Assembly: GCA_051362555.1 (NCBI GenBank)
Contig: CM120644.1
Location: 22,218,534-22,282,533, forward strand
From: Lingula anatina
Taxonomy: Eukaryota; Animalia; Brachiopoda
DNA length: 64,000 bases
Reading direction: 5' to 3'
Part shown: positions 12,946 through 26,159 of the stretch, piece by piece
Layout: every line of letters starts with the position of its first letter
How positions within the stretch are numbered: position 1 is the first letter of the stretch
Made by a program: the position numbers and the translations under genes
The notes under the pieces: generated by a model
What the model saw: only the letters and a program-made list of their open reading frames with translations
Told to the model about the DNA's origin: nothing
Database searches by the model: none

Positions 12946-13597
12946 AAAAGCTATTTATTTGACATTTGATGACCATTTCAACATTTTCCCCAGGATTATT
13001 TAAAAGGGGGGGGGGGTCGCTTTTTTTCTCTATTTTTTTTCTTTAGAAGTGGGCGGGTGTGACAGGGGTGGGATGCGAAGCTGCTTCTCAGAACCTTGGC
13101 GTGCTGTTCGGGCCTGCTTAAGGGCCCCGGGAAGTTTTGGTGTTTTGGAGGACAAATGGTGCCTTTTGGTACGGCCTAAAAATATGCTTCAGCTGAGTAA
13201 AAAATTCTAATTTCAAGAAGAGGGTCTTTTTTTTCAGAAATCAAAGGGGGGTCAGGATCCCCTTACTCATCCCTAAACCGCCACTGCTTGGAGATCCTCG
13301 ACATAAACGCCACGGAGGCAGCTTGAGATGATAAAGTTAACCATCTGATTTCAGTTGCATCAGAAGTACTTGGAACTGCTATCGCAATCCTTATGCTACT
13401 GAAATGCATCAAAGAAAGAACCTAATAACTGTGATGCTCAGCGAGCACAACGCTCAATATACTGTAAACTATCCACCAATTACAAGTAATTCTACCGTTA
13501 ACGATGCCAAGTCCAAATCGGGCAGTGCATATAATTACCCTTTTTTAATTTCAAGTTTTAATAATGTGGAATGCGCAATACGTTGACAAACACTATA

Positions 13598-14987
13598 CAC
13601 ACACTGGACAAAAGAAGTGTCACCCCTACTGAGCCAATACTATGGGGGAGATAAATGACTGTGGAATGATATGCTCCTGGTATCATATTATTAACATCAA
13701 ATTTCACAAAAAATCACAAAATGAGAACAAAATATACATTCTACCAAAATATGCAGTTTCAAGTCCAAAATTAGTACTTAGTGGCATAGCCACGTGACCT
13801 AATAATAGGTGCCAGTCTACGAAGCAAGGTTTCATATAATTGTCTGATGCGTTCAGGGCTTATGCTGGCCCAAGGATGAAACACTGAATATAACAGAGTT
13901 TCTATGCTGGTTAGACGGGCATTTGTGAAAAGTTTTGACATATCATTCCACACATTTTCTATTATGTTTGCATCTGGACTCTGGGCAGGCCACATCACCC
14001 TGCGAATGTCCTGTTGGTCAAACCAATCATCAACTGCTCTGGGCCTGTGACAAGGAGCATTGTCATCCTGGTGAACAAATGGATAATTCCTGTCACCGAA
14101 CATGTTAGTAATAGATGGTAGCAAGCCTGACTCCAAAACATCGATATATTTCTAGTGATTCATGTTTCCATTAACCACTATCAATTCGCCCAAGCCATGG
14201 ATGCTGATGCAGTCCCACACCATGATGAATATGCTGCTCCGGGTTCGAAAATTCAGTGCATGTGGTTCAAAAATGCTTTACCAGCAGTTTGCCAGCATAG
14301 TACCCGTATGTCATCAGAGGTCAGACCAAAGCGACACTCATCAGAAAAAAATATATAGGACCAATTGTCATGAACTGTCCAGTTGTAGATCCTGTTGACG
14401 CTAGTTTACTCTACGTTGCCTGTTTTGTAACGATATAAGAGGTTTCAGTCTTGCTACCCTGCTGTACACTCTCAGAGCATGTAACCGACGCCTAGCAATT
14501 TTCACTGACACATTCTTATGTGTGAAATTGTTCCACTGTGTTGTCAACTGACAAGCAGTGTCGAACTTTGACAACCTGGACATCAAAATCAGTCGTCGGT
14601 CTTCAGGGCCAGTATTTTTTTCTTGGACGACCCATCAGAGGCAATTTGTCTCTTGATCCAGTGTTTCTATACCGAGACCAGACCCTCTGCACGGTTCTGA
14701 CTGAACAATTCAATTGTATCGATATTCTGACATTGCTTATATTCCGCCTCTTCAGGTTAATAACTTGCACCTATAACCGTCAAATAATTGCCTGTATCTT
14801 GCCATATTGGAGGAAGACAGGAATAACATTTGCTGTACATGTACAAGACCAACAATACAATTCCATGGTATAGCGGTTTTATACTCATTGGTCACATTAT
14901 AAGTAGACCAGGCATTATAAGTACCCAAGATCTGCCTACTTTTATTACTCTGAGGTAGGGGGTGACACTTCTTTTGTCCAGTGTGTG
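13598..14987 (-). mobile_element. Tc1/mariner (DD34E) transposon with disrupted transposase
   Basis: ~30-bp TIRs cacacactggacaaaagaagtgtcacccc flanked by TA on both sides. Minus-strand fragments FSDECRF and HQDDNAPCH...WPAQSPDANIIENVW with 34 residues between D and E; stops and frameshifts present. Confidence 0.93.
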
Positions 14988-15559
14988 TACTACTTGAATG
15001 ATATGTTGTCAAATTCCTTGTAAAACATCAAAACGAGCGCCACCTAGGTCAAGTGGTCCCCTAACACCATTTTATTTTTCATTTGGGACAAGCAAGTCTA
15101 TCTGTAAAAATGCAAAGCTTTGGGTCATATAGAAGTATTAGACGAGTAGCTATCAATACTTTTCTCTACAGTGCAAAACCCTTTTTACAGCATAATATGC
15201 GGGTCTCGTTCTTTGTCTCGTTTTACCACTGCTGAGATGTCATTGTATTGATTTCTTAAGGATTGTGACTTAAAAATTCAGATCACACACAACTGCATTA
15301 TACACGACAGCAACTAAATAAATGGAGGGCAAATACGGAGAAGAGCGTTTTTGTCGAAATGCGTCTCAATGCAAAGATTGTTTTCATTCGCTTCCTTCTT
15401 TCAAGCGCAAAGTAAACTTCATTCGCTTCCCTCTTTTAAGCGCAAAGTAAACTTATTTCAGTTTGATTTGAGAGGGGTAAATGAAATTCCAGTATGCGGC
15501 TTTTGTGACAGGGGGATAATTTAATCTTTTATTCACCTTACGGTTTTTCCAGTATTGTG

Positions 15560-16126
15560 TGCTGCATCGAGAAATTGCGCAGTTATGAGGCACTAGTCCT
15601 AGTGGGACGACGTGAGAGGGGAGAAATTCCAAATTGTGAAGGTGAATCAAACACGTTTTGTCCGTGTATTTCTTCATTGATGACACCTTAAATTTCAAGG
15701 TGAATGCAAACTATTTGATGTTCTGGATAAACGTGAATACTCATTTTTGATGACAACGTTCTGGCGATGTGCAGTTTTAACATATTAGGTGACACACCTC
15801 TTTGTATAAAGTGAAATACTGTTAACTTATCAATCAAAATCAAGGAAACGGTACAGTTTGTTCAAAATAGGCGTAGGACATATCTGACGGAACTGAAACT
15901 AAGAATTTGTGCGCCACTGGACCCAAATTACGAGATCTATAAGCGTGATTTGTCCTAACAAGTTCAATAGCGCAGGGCGTGGCTGAACTTAATGTGATGA
16001 CGTTTTTGGCGCGAACAGCAATGGGATTCTGTCACAGCCACATTCAAGAAGTCCATGACACAAATTCCATGTACAGTAAATCACACCTTTGAAAATCACT
16101 GCTACAACTACAATAGCAAGGTAAGT
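15560..16126 (+). promoter_or_regulatory. Candidate promoter plus short non-coding first exon (paralogous block)
   Basis: C/EBP-like gaaattgcgcag, kB-like ggggagaaattcc, ISRE-like ggaactgaaact, and a strong donor CAAG|GTAAGT at ~16120. Homologous blocks occur at 41220-41365 and 43700-44112 + 48888-49040. Function is inferred only. Confidence 0.35.
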
Positions 16127-16233
16127 AAAATTCTTTAAAAAAACAATAATAATAAATAAATAAATAAATAAAAATAAATAAATAAATATTTTTATTTCAT
16201 TTATTTTCTCTCGGAGAAATAATTTATCATCCT

Positions 16234-17601
16234 AAGGGCCTGTCATCATTTAAGGCAGGGGGAAATGGAGGAGACAATGCCTGTGACCCCGCCCCCCCAA
16301 TGGAGGAGACAATGCCTGTGACCCTCCCCCCCCAAAAAAAAAAAAAAAAAAAAAAAAGGAATGATCCCCCCCCCCCTCACCCCGGAAGCATTAAAAACTT
16401 TCAGGGTCTCCCTCCCATTTATTTATTTATTTACATACTCACTAAAAACCACCTTTAAAAGATGAGTAAAAGAATAAATATATATACAAAATAATACAAG
16501 AATATATAAGAACAGTGGTTAAAACGATTTTAAGACCAGTCCAGCCAACATATATTCTTTTGAGAATAAATAATAAAAGAAACCAGTAGGATGAAAGGAA
16601 ATTCGACAGAAATAATGCCATTTTATCAGACCAGATTTGTTGATATTTTATATATATTATTCCAGTGATATATGACACTTTCTACGAATGATGGTATATA
16701 AATTACAAAACACGAATAAACAGGTCAATGTCAAACTTCCCTATTCATATGAGCATACGAACAAAACATCTTACCTCAATATGAGAACCAGACAATAATT
16801 CAGCTTTTAGCTTCCAAATTCTACAATATATCAATTCGTTTTTTTAAATGATAGGTGATTATATTAATCATTATTGAAGATCCCAATTACAACCAGAACG
16901 TATTTTGGTTTAGCGCTTTTTAGATTTTTATTAATACATTCAATTTTTAAAAGGGTATAAATCGTCTCCTGCCTCGCTTTCGAGAAATAAAATTTGTTGA
17001 TCATTTCGCCACAGTGAAAGTTTTATACGTTACGTCGGTTAATTTCGCCGACCTCTTGGGTTTTCTGATATGTAGTGCCTTAAATTAACCTTAGTACGTT
17101 TTTTTTTGTTATAACATTCACACTAGCGGTCAAGCACTATTTCTTTATCATGAGTGGGGGATGGGTGGATCCCCTTACAATAAAGGCAAAATAAATGTTA
17201 TTCTAAGGAAAGTCCGATGGCTTTACTTTTTAATACATTCAATCAAGAGAACATTTCCAATATAATTTCTCAAAACGACACCAGAAAGCAAATTAAATTA
17301 AATCAACCAGACGGTAGGTTTAAACGCCGGCAGGGTTTGTTAATTTCACCAATTTGTATATTACAAACAGCGCACTTTCGCGTACGCGCAAACGTTTGAA
17401 TCCTGCGCTGTTGATAGGGTTTCTGATTAAATAAATATGCTTGACGAGGAGGTGTAAAAACACTGCATTAACATTGCAAATTTTCAATATGAATATATCT
17501 GTCATTTTCAAACTTCAAGACCCCACAATTTTTGCTTAAAAATTCTCAGGCCCCACATTTCTTTTCCACACTCTTCTAGCTTAAATAATGACCGTCCCCT
17601 T
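16234..17601. mobile_element. PIF/Harbinger-like non-autonomous element
   Basis: Imperfect TIRs aagggcctgtcatcatttaag ... cttaaataatgaccgtcccctt. Confidence 0.5.
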
Positions 17602-18185
17602 GTGTAGTTTATATACTGTAGAATAACACAAGATAAAGATTAATCTTAAAAAAAGATACAGCTTGCATCTAAGTAATTATAGCTGCGAAAAATTCCAGTT
17701 TTATGTATTACAAAACAATAACGCACCATACTCTTTCTGTAAGTCCAGTCTGACAAAGGTACATGTAACAAAACACACCATTCAAGACCAGACATGAAGA
17801 TATACTATCCACTTAAAAATGTCCCAAAATCATATTTTTCTGCCCCTCCTCTCGCCCTACAGCCCCGTTAGTTATCTATACGCTGCGTTGTTACGAGCAC
17901 TGTCGAAATACGTACGTAAAATTATTTTAAGAGATTATTTAAAAAATTAAAATTTAGATCCTTAGTGTAAATGTATAAACAACAGGCGTTTCCTGAACTC
18001 GAAAGCGGGGGAGTATCGTTGTGACGGAATTAGGATGCAGAGAAGTAAATTAATTAAGCTTAGCACTGTATATCCATCAAAAATAGTAACGTATTGAATT
18101 CAGATCATTAAAAAAATATCTAAAATAAACAATGGACCTTTACATTGAAATACAGACAATAGTAATATGAACAGTACAATCTCTA

Positions 18186-18809
18186 GAGCGCTGAAGTTAG
18201 TGTCTAGTTTCTAGTTTCCAGTTTCGTTTTTCAAAAACGAACCTGGCAACCAGAAACTAGTGTCGTTTTTCAAAAACGAACCTGGCTACCAGAAACTAGT
18301 TTCGTTTTTCAAAAACGATTCTGGCAACCAGAAACTAGTGTCGTTTTTCGAAAAACGATTCTGGCATCCAGAAACTAGTGTCGTTTTTCGAAAAAGATTC
18401 TGGCATCCAGAAACTAGTGTCGTTTTTCAAAAACGATTCTGAGAAGCCAGAATCGTTTTTGCGGAGAGAAACAGGGGTGGGCAGAGGGATAAGCAAGCAG
18501 CGGTGAGCGTATACCGCGACTAGGTAACCCTCACCCCGAAAGCTGGGCAGGGTCTTTCGGTCTCTCCTCCACGTGCGCTGAGACCGAGACGTCCGCTGAT
18601 CGATGTCTATCGATGATGCGGTGACGTCGATCTGAGCACCGCAGCTAGACATCGATCGGCGGACGTCTCGAGAGGGCGTAACACCCTGTCCAGATACGCG
18701 GGGAGGGTTACCTGGTCGCGGTAGACACTAATGCATTGCCAGTTGCCTCTCCCTACGTCCACCCCAGTTTCTCTCAGCAAAAACGTTTCTGGCTTCTCGG
18801 AATCGTTTT

Positions 18810-18861
<52 letters not shown>

Positions 18862-19074
18862 GACACTGATTTCCGATTGCCAGAATCGTTTTTTAAAATT
18901 ATTATTCAATAAAATTAAAAACTATACCTCAAACTACAAAGGGTGAGCCTGAGGTTCCTTCCCCCTTCTTCCTCTCATCTGCCCAACGTTCACGGCTTAC
19001 GCTGTGAAGGCGGCCTGTGAAGGCGGCCGGTCATCTAGTCCTCACCGCACGGCGACAAAAAATAAATAAATAAA

Positions 19075-19131
<57 letters not shown>

Positions 19132-21080
19132 AACGTAACTCCCTGAATACCTACGCGGTGAAAGCTGCCTGTGCGCGCTGATGCGGATCAGCGGCCACAC
19201 GAGCGAGAGAGGCGTTATATTCAGCACAGCTTCCTCGGTGAAGGCTACCTGTACGCTGTAGGCAATAATCGGCGACCGTCTCGGTCTCAGCGCACGTGGA
19301 GGAGAGACCGTAAGACCCTGCCCAGCTTTCGCGGTGAGGGTTACCTAGTCGCGGTATACGCTCACCGCTGCTTGCTTCTCCCTCTGCCCACCCCTGTTTC
19401 TCTCCGCAAAAACGTTTCTGGCTCCTCAGAATCGTTTTTGAAAAACGACACTAGTTTCTGGTTTCCAGAATCGTTTTTCAAAAAAACGACACTGGTTTCT
19501 GGGCATCTGAATCGTTTTTAAAAAATTCTATAAATTCAAAAATTATACTTCAAACTACGAAGGGAGGCCCCGGTGGCCCCTTCCCCCCCCCTTCACCCTC
19601 ACCCTTATCCCCCCACCCCCACCCCCAGGTCCACTTAAGCCCCATTCCCTGCTTCCGCTGCGCAGGCTGCCTGTAACTGGTAGAGGCGGTCAATCGACCT
19701 CCCAGCGCGGCGAGGAAAAACCGTAACATCGTAAAACACCCTGTCAAGCTTCTGCGGTGAGAGTTGCCCGTACCCTGTAGGCAATAATCGGCGACTGTCT
19801 CGATCTCAGCGCACGTCGAGGAGAGACCGTAAAACCCTGCCCGGCTTTCGCGGTGAGGGTTACCTAATCGCGGTACACGCACCCCTGTTTCTCTCCGCAA
19901 AAACGATTCTGGCTTCTCAGAATCATTTTTTAAAAACGACACTAGTTTCTGGTTGCCAGAATTTGTTTTTCAAAAAATGACACTGGTTTCTGGTTGCCAG
20001 CATCGTTTTTCAAAAAACGACACTGGTCTCTGGGCATCAGAATCGTTTTTGAAAAATTCAATAAAATTAAAAATTATACTTCAAACTACGAAAGGAGGCC
20101 CCGAGGGCCCCTTCCCCTTCTTCAACCTCACCCTTATTCCCCCACCCCCACCCCCACCCCCACCCCCACCCCAACTTAAACTCCATTCCCGGCTTCCACT
20201 GTGCAGGCTGCCTGTGACTGGTAGCGGCGGTCAACTCAGCCTCCCAGCGCGGCGAGGAAAGACCGTAACACTGTAAACACCCTGTCAAGCTTCTGCGATG
20301 TGAGTTGCCCGTACCCCGTAGGCAATAATCGGCGACCGTCTCGGTCTCAGCGCACGTAGAGGAGGGACCGTAAAACCCTGCCCGGCTTTCGCGGTGAGGG
20401 TTACCGCTCCCTTCGACACGCTAGCCGCTGGTTGCCTCTCCCTCTGCCCACCCCTGTTTCTCTCCGCAAAAACGATTCTGTTTTCTCAGAATCGTTTTTG
20501 AAAAAAGACACTAGTTTCTGGTTGCCAGAATCGTTTTTCAAAAAACGACACTGGTTTCTGGTTGCCAGAATCGTTTTTCAAAAAACGACACTGGTCTCTG
20601 GGCATCAGAATCGTTTTTGAAAAATTCAATAAAATTAAAAATTACACTTCAGACTACAAAGGGAGGCCCCGGGGGCCCCTTCCCCCTTTTCAACCTCACC
20701 CTTATCCCCCCATCCCCACCCCCACTTAAACTTGCCTCTCCCTCTGCCCACCCCTGTTTCTCTCCGCAAAACGATTCTGGCTTCTCAGAATCGTTTTTGA
20801 AAAACGACACTAGTTTCTGGATGCCAGAATCGTTTTTCGAAAAACGACACTAGTTTCTGGATGCCAGAATCGTTTTTGAAAAACGACACTAGTTTCTGGA
20901 TGCCAGAATCGTTTTTGAAAAACGACACTAGTTTCTGGATGCCAGAATCGTTTTTGAAAAACGACACTAGTTTCTGGTTGCCAGGTTCGTTTTTGAAAAA
21001 CGACACTAGTTTCTGGTTGCCAGGTTCGTTTTTGAAAAACGAAACTGGAAACTAGAAACTAGACACTAACTTCAGCGCTC
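18186..21080. mobile_element. Foldback / Mutator-like non-autonomous element with modular TIRs
   Basis: Near-perfect long TIRs (gagcgctgaagttagtgtctagtttctagtttccagtttcg...) built from ~39-bp repeats. Direct repeat tacaatctcta on both flanks (TSD of 9-11 bp depending on the end chosen). No credible ORF. Confidence 0.88.
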
Positions 21081-24000
21081 TACAATCTCTATCCATGCAT
21101 AAATTATTTGCTTAAATCATGCAAATTAGATGCCAAAATATAAAGTTTCATATTTCTATAAGATTTTTGTTTGCCTAGAAACATGTGAAGATTATCAAAC
21201 CGGACTAAAATTGTGGCAAATAATTTATTTCTGACCTTATGATCCTCAAATCCCAGATGCTTCCCCCCCCCCTTTTAAGAATAGACAATTTGGCCATTTG
21301 ACTCGATTGACCCACCAGCCCCACCTAGTGTAATGTATCGTTTCTTCCTTTGGAGCTTGCAAATGTCAGTTTAAATACGTTATTTAAGAGATTGTACGTA
21401 TATTATGTCGCAAGCTCCCTAAATAATAAAATCTAGCTCCACCCACTCGCAATCAGATATTGCACTGAAACTGGAAAAAAACGACAAAAGACAAACTTCC
21501 CGTGTTTCTCAATATTGATCTTCTTGTTTTGGTATGCCATTGTCTCAGCAGCTGTGTGATACTAAATATCCTTAGACCGTTGTTGTGTCGTAGGTGACAT
21601 TGTACAATTTCTGTGTGGGTACATAGAGTTGTTCTTCAATTTGTGCAGCATTGCAAGAGAAGGATTTTTTTCTTTACGTAGATTGAAATGGCTATTGGTT
21701 TAAAGAGGCATAAATAATTGTCAAGATATACTTTAGGCTTATTAACTTCCATTTGTACGAAATTGATGTTGTGTGTCTTAACGCACGAGGACTGTATCGA
21801 CAGCGTTTCAATCAGCACAGATGACGCACGAACGGTGAACGGCAACTGCACTGATCTTGACAATGCTCCGTGCAACCACTTTTCAACTGACAAGCCCATT
21901 TCCCAAACATATCCTGAAGGTAAAAATGTGGAAATGGTTCGTCGAGTATGTTGAAATGAAAAGTATAATATGTGGGTTACGTACTTTGTCTCGTTTTTAT
22001 TACTTCTAAAGTGTCTTTGTACTGTATTCTAAGGTCCTTGACTTAATAATTCAGAGCAAACACCACTGTAATATATGCGACTTTAGCCGAGGAATATAAG
22101 AATAACACGTAGAAACACACTTTTATTGAAATGGGTCTTATTTCATTTTGTTTTGCAAACGTCTGCTATTTGATCCACTGCTTTGTTCTGCGGCTTATGT
22201 GTCAGAGGGATATTTCAGACTTTTATTCACCTTACGGTTTTTCCATTATTGTGTGCTGTATCGAGAAATTGCGCAGCTACGAGATACTTTTCCTTGTGAG
22301 ACGACGTGAGGGTGATGAAAGTAATTCCAAATTATCTGTGTGTTTAGCTTCACCGGTATACGTTTCTCCATGTATAATAAGTTTAAGAGCAAGTCTGTAC
22401 ACGTTGGCTAAGCACTTCCCCTGCTAAACGCACGGAGATGATAAACACATGGTGCTGCCAAACGTGTGGATACTTAGTGGAATTCCTTGCAATGACTTAG
22501 TACTTTTCTATTTTGTCAAATCCTGTAATTAAAGGAAGCAATGGCTAAAAACTCACTACAAGCCTAGGCCATTTTTTGGTCTGCTATGGCATAAAAGTGT
22601 ATTTTATTCTGATTCCTTATTAATCTATCCAACTATGTTTTTACTTTAGACATAAATGATAACTGGTAAGTAGAAAGCATTACATTCATAGGCAGATAAA
22701 TGGATTTTAGAAAGGGTGGGGTCCAGGCTCCAGGAATTAGAATAACAACCTAAAAAGAACCTCACTTCCAAAATTTGGATAATTAACTCGAGAAGCCATT
22801 CACTTTTGAAGATGTGATTATCGGCATCCACCCATATAGGATGGCCTAGTGGTTAGAGTGCTGGCCTATGAAGCTGGTGAACAAGGGGACATACCAGTCT
22901 TTCAGGGCAAAACCAAATAACACAGTATGAAACAATGAAACAATAAAACATCTACTGAGATGGCCAAACAATAACCATATAATAACAATAAAATGATCCT
23001 CTTTTGTCTGTATAAAGTCTTCATATGTTTTACTGTCTGCATATTATAATTTATATTAAAGTATACATACACTAAAATTTTACAGATTTCATTACGCTAC
23101 TTATGCTATTTGTTTGGCCATAAACTTTTGTAAAAATATTCTAGAACTTATAAATTTTATCACTTTCAATTTGATAAACAGCGCGGGGCCCCGAAATTTT
23201 TTGGTATTTTAGAGGGTGAACGGTGCCATTTGGTGCGATTTAGAACTATATAATTCAGCTTGTTCCAAGAGGGGACCAGGAATCGAAGGGGGGGGGGGGG
23301 GGGTGACGTCAACAGTACCCCTTTCTGAAACCCGAAAGAGACAATTATTCCCAATCTTTATTTCAAATCCAATGAGGAAGACCCAGCAAACAAAAAACGT
23401 TGTTATAAGCAATTATAATAATATAACCAAAAAAGGTTATGGTAACTTAAAGGTACATACGAACCGAGCATCAGTGGAGCGTGGACTCCCAGTAACACAT
23501 GTAAACTACTTCTACTAGATTCTTATATGATTCAAATAAATTCGACATGCCAAGGGATAAACTGAATAGATCACTCGATCAATTTAAATGACATTGTCCT
23601 AGAAAATCGTGGTGGTTGGATCTTAGTTACAATAATAGCTGTGGTATCATCATCATCAAAGGTTCTCTTCTCTTCAGAGACTGTGGCGATTTGGTTGGTT
23701 TTTGTGACAAAAATTGACTTTGTATGCATATTTAATAATTTAGTTCTGTGTTTGCTGGTGAGAAACAGAAAATTGGGGAGGGGGGCGTAAATTAAAAAGA
23801 ATAGCCACTACATTTCCACCAAAAAGTGATAAACGTATTGGATTCAGATCTATTAGGAAAATTATTTTTTTAAAATGATAGACCCTCATATTAAGATATA
23901 TGATGTCGATAACATGCAATGAAATGTAGACAATGGCTATGTGAACGTATAGGGAATACCTTAAAAAATCACGTGTCTTTGAGACAATGGACACTGGAAA

Positions 24001-24162
24001 AATAACACCAAAAACATTTATTATACCTTTTTTTCAAATCATACACGTTATTAAATCAAAGGATGAGTGCTGGTAACCATTGACAAAGTGCCCATCATCA
24101 ATTTTTAGAATTAATTTGCTATTATAAAATTTTCATTTTATACTTGTATCAATATGACAATA

Positions 24163-24255
<93 letters not shown>
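24163..24255. repeat. (AAT)n(ATT)n inverted microsatellite
   Basis: Directly visible; self-complementary. Confidence 0.9.
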
Positions 24256-24256
<1 letters not shown>

Positions 24257-24896
24257 AATTTGTTGCGTGAAAAAATATCATTCGGTTTGAGGCATCGTTA
24301 CTTAATCTTTTTAATGAGTTATATGTGTGTGTGGGGGTGGGGGGGGTAGCCAGATTTACCTGTTGTATAATGAATTAGATCAACTTATCTCAGCATATAT
24401 ATTACATAAATGTTTTTTAAACGTTCCTTGTAGTGTAAAAAGGAGTTATACATGTATGTTAAATACTTGTGGTGTGGCACAAGTAAATGGGAAAGAAATT
24501 ATATTTTTTTAATCTCATAGAAGAGAGGGTTTGGTGGTGTAATACGGTGTTTTCTCACAGAAGCCATCACTGATTTCACTCTACTATATAAAAATATTGC
24601 AAATATGGCAACTTGTTTCTGCATATTTATTCATTTATGTAACTTTTTTTTGCTAAAACAGCATTTGTTGGTCTAAATAAATGTATTGATGACCAGTATA
24701 CATTTTGTAAAAGGCTTTGTAAAGAATAATAAATAATGATGAAAGCCAAAAGTCGTTACAGTAACAAAAAATAGCATTTGTAAAGCCGCTGTTTCTTTTT
24801 TTTTTTGGCTCTGATTAAATCGGGTGCATCCTTGCATACACCGATTTTAAATTGGCCATCTAGAAGATGCTCATCGGTATAATGGTTAGCTTGCTT

Positions 24897-25283
24897 TGTC
24901 TGGTAAACGTCTGGTAATTAATTATAGGCATTCATAACATTTTGGCAGAAAAAAAAACAGTGTTATTACAAAAAGTGCTGAGGTGGAAGGTTAAGTCATA
25001 AGTAACAAAACTACCCAGCGGGCATTATTATGTTGTTTTAACGTTGAAACAACGTTGAACCATAACGTTGATAATACGTTGGATTAACATTGTCTGGTAA
25101 ACGTCTGGTAATTAATTATAGGCATTCATAACATTTTGGCAGAAAAAAAACAGTGTTATTACAAAAAGTACTGAGGTGGAAGGTTAAGTCATAAGTAACA
25201 AAACTACCCAGCGGACATTATTATGTTATTTAACGTTGAAACAACGTTGAACCATAACGTTGATAATACGTTGGATTAACATT
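24897..25283. repeat. ~193-bp near-identical direct tandem duplication spanning a MITE end
   Basis: tgtctggtaaacgtctgg...ggattaacat occurs twice head to tail. Confidence 0.85.
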
Positions 25284-25618
25284 GGATTTGAAAGTTGACT
25301 CAACCTCAGATAACAACGTTGTATCAACGTCAGATAACAACATTGTATCAAACCCAGTTGTTAGACAACATTCTTGCATGAAAAGACATTAAAATGACCT
25401 GAAATGTTTTATATTTTTGGTACAAAACACAGGTACACTGTACAAACATCCAAGTGTCTGCTTTGTCTGATTTTTTCAACGGTTTTAGCTCCTAAGCATG
25501 TTTTGCACCTAGGCAATGGTACCCCCTTTTAGCCTGGAGTGTTTAGCAGTAGGACATGTTTGTTGGCAAAATATATGTAGGGTATATATGTATGGCCTTT
25601 AAGTTAAAATTTCCAAGG

Positions 25619-25679
<61 letters not shown>

Positions 25680-26159
25680 AAGTCACAGTCACCTCATCCT
25701 GTCTATCTATAACAGGGTACCGAGAACTTTCAACTTTATTAACATCATTCCATTTACAGCAAAGTATTCATCCTAGTGTTAGCTGACCTTGCAAGGAATT
25801 CAGTTTATTGGAATGTATTTCTGAATAACAAGTTAAGAAAATTCACTAGTTCACTAAAGACACAAAACAACTGTCACTTTTACTTTCAACACTTTTTTTA
25901 TTATTTTGATAAAGTTAGTTACAGTATTGAAATACAAAGTATCACGTTTTCAACAATTAATATTTTAAATTACAATCCATGTCTGCAAGGTTGTGTCAAT
26001 GACCAAAACACAACATTGAGTCAACGTCACATTATGACGGTGTTTCGACGTGGCTGGATCAACGTTGATTTTACGTTGAATTGAATAGGTTGATCAACGG
26101 CAATTCAACGTATCAGCCTGTTTTCAACGTTGATCCAACGCAACTATGCCTGCTGGGTA
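25205..26159. mobile_element. MITE with AACGTT-rich subterminal repeats and an internal (TA)n tract
   Basis: Ends tacccagcggacat ... atgcctgctgggta; many caacgttg motifs at both ends; (TA)n at 25623-25677. Confidence 0.65.

Noticed and set aside
18260-21055. ORFs within the foldback element
   Set aside because: They are translations of 39-bp repeats, poly(A) and poly(C) tracts with no transposase motifs.
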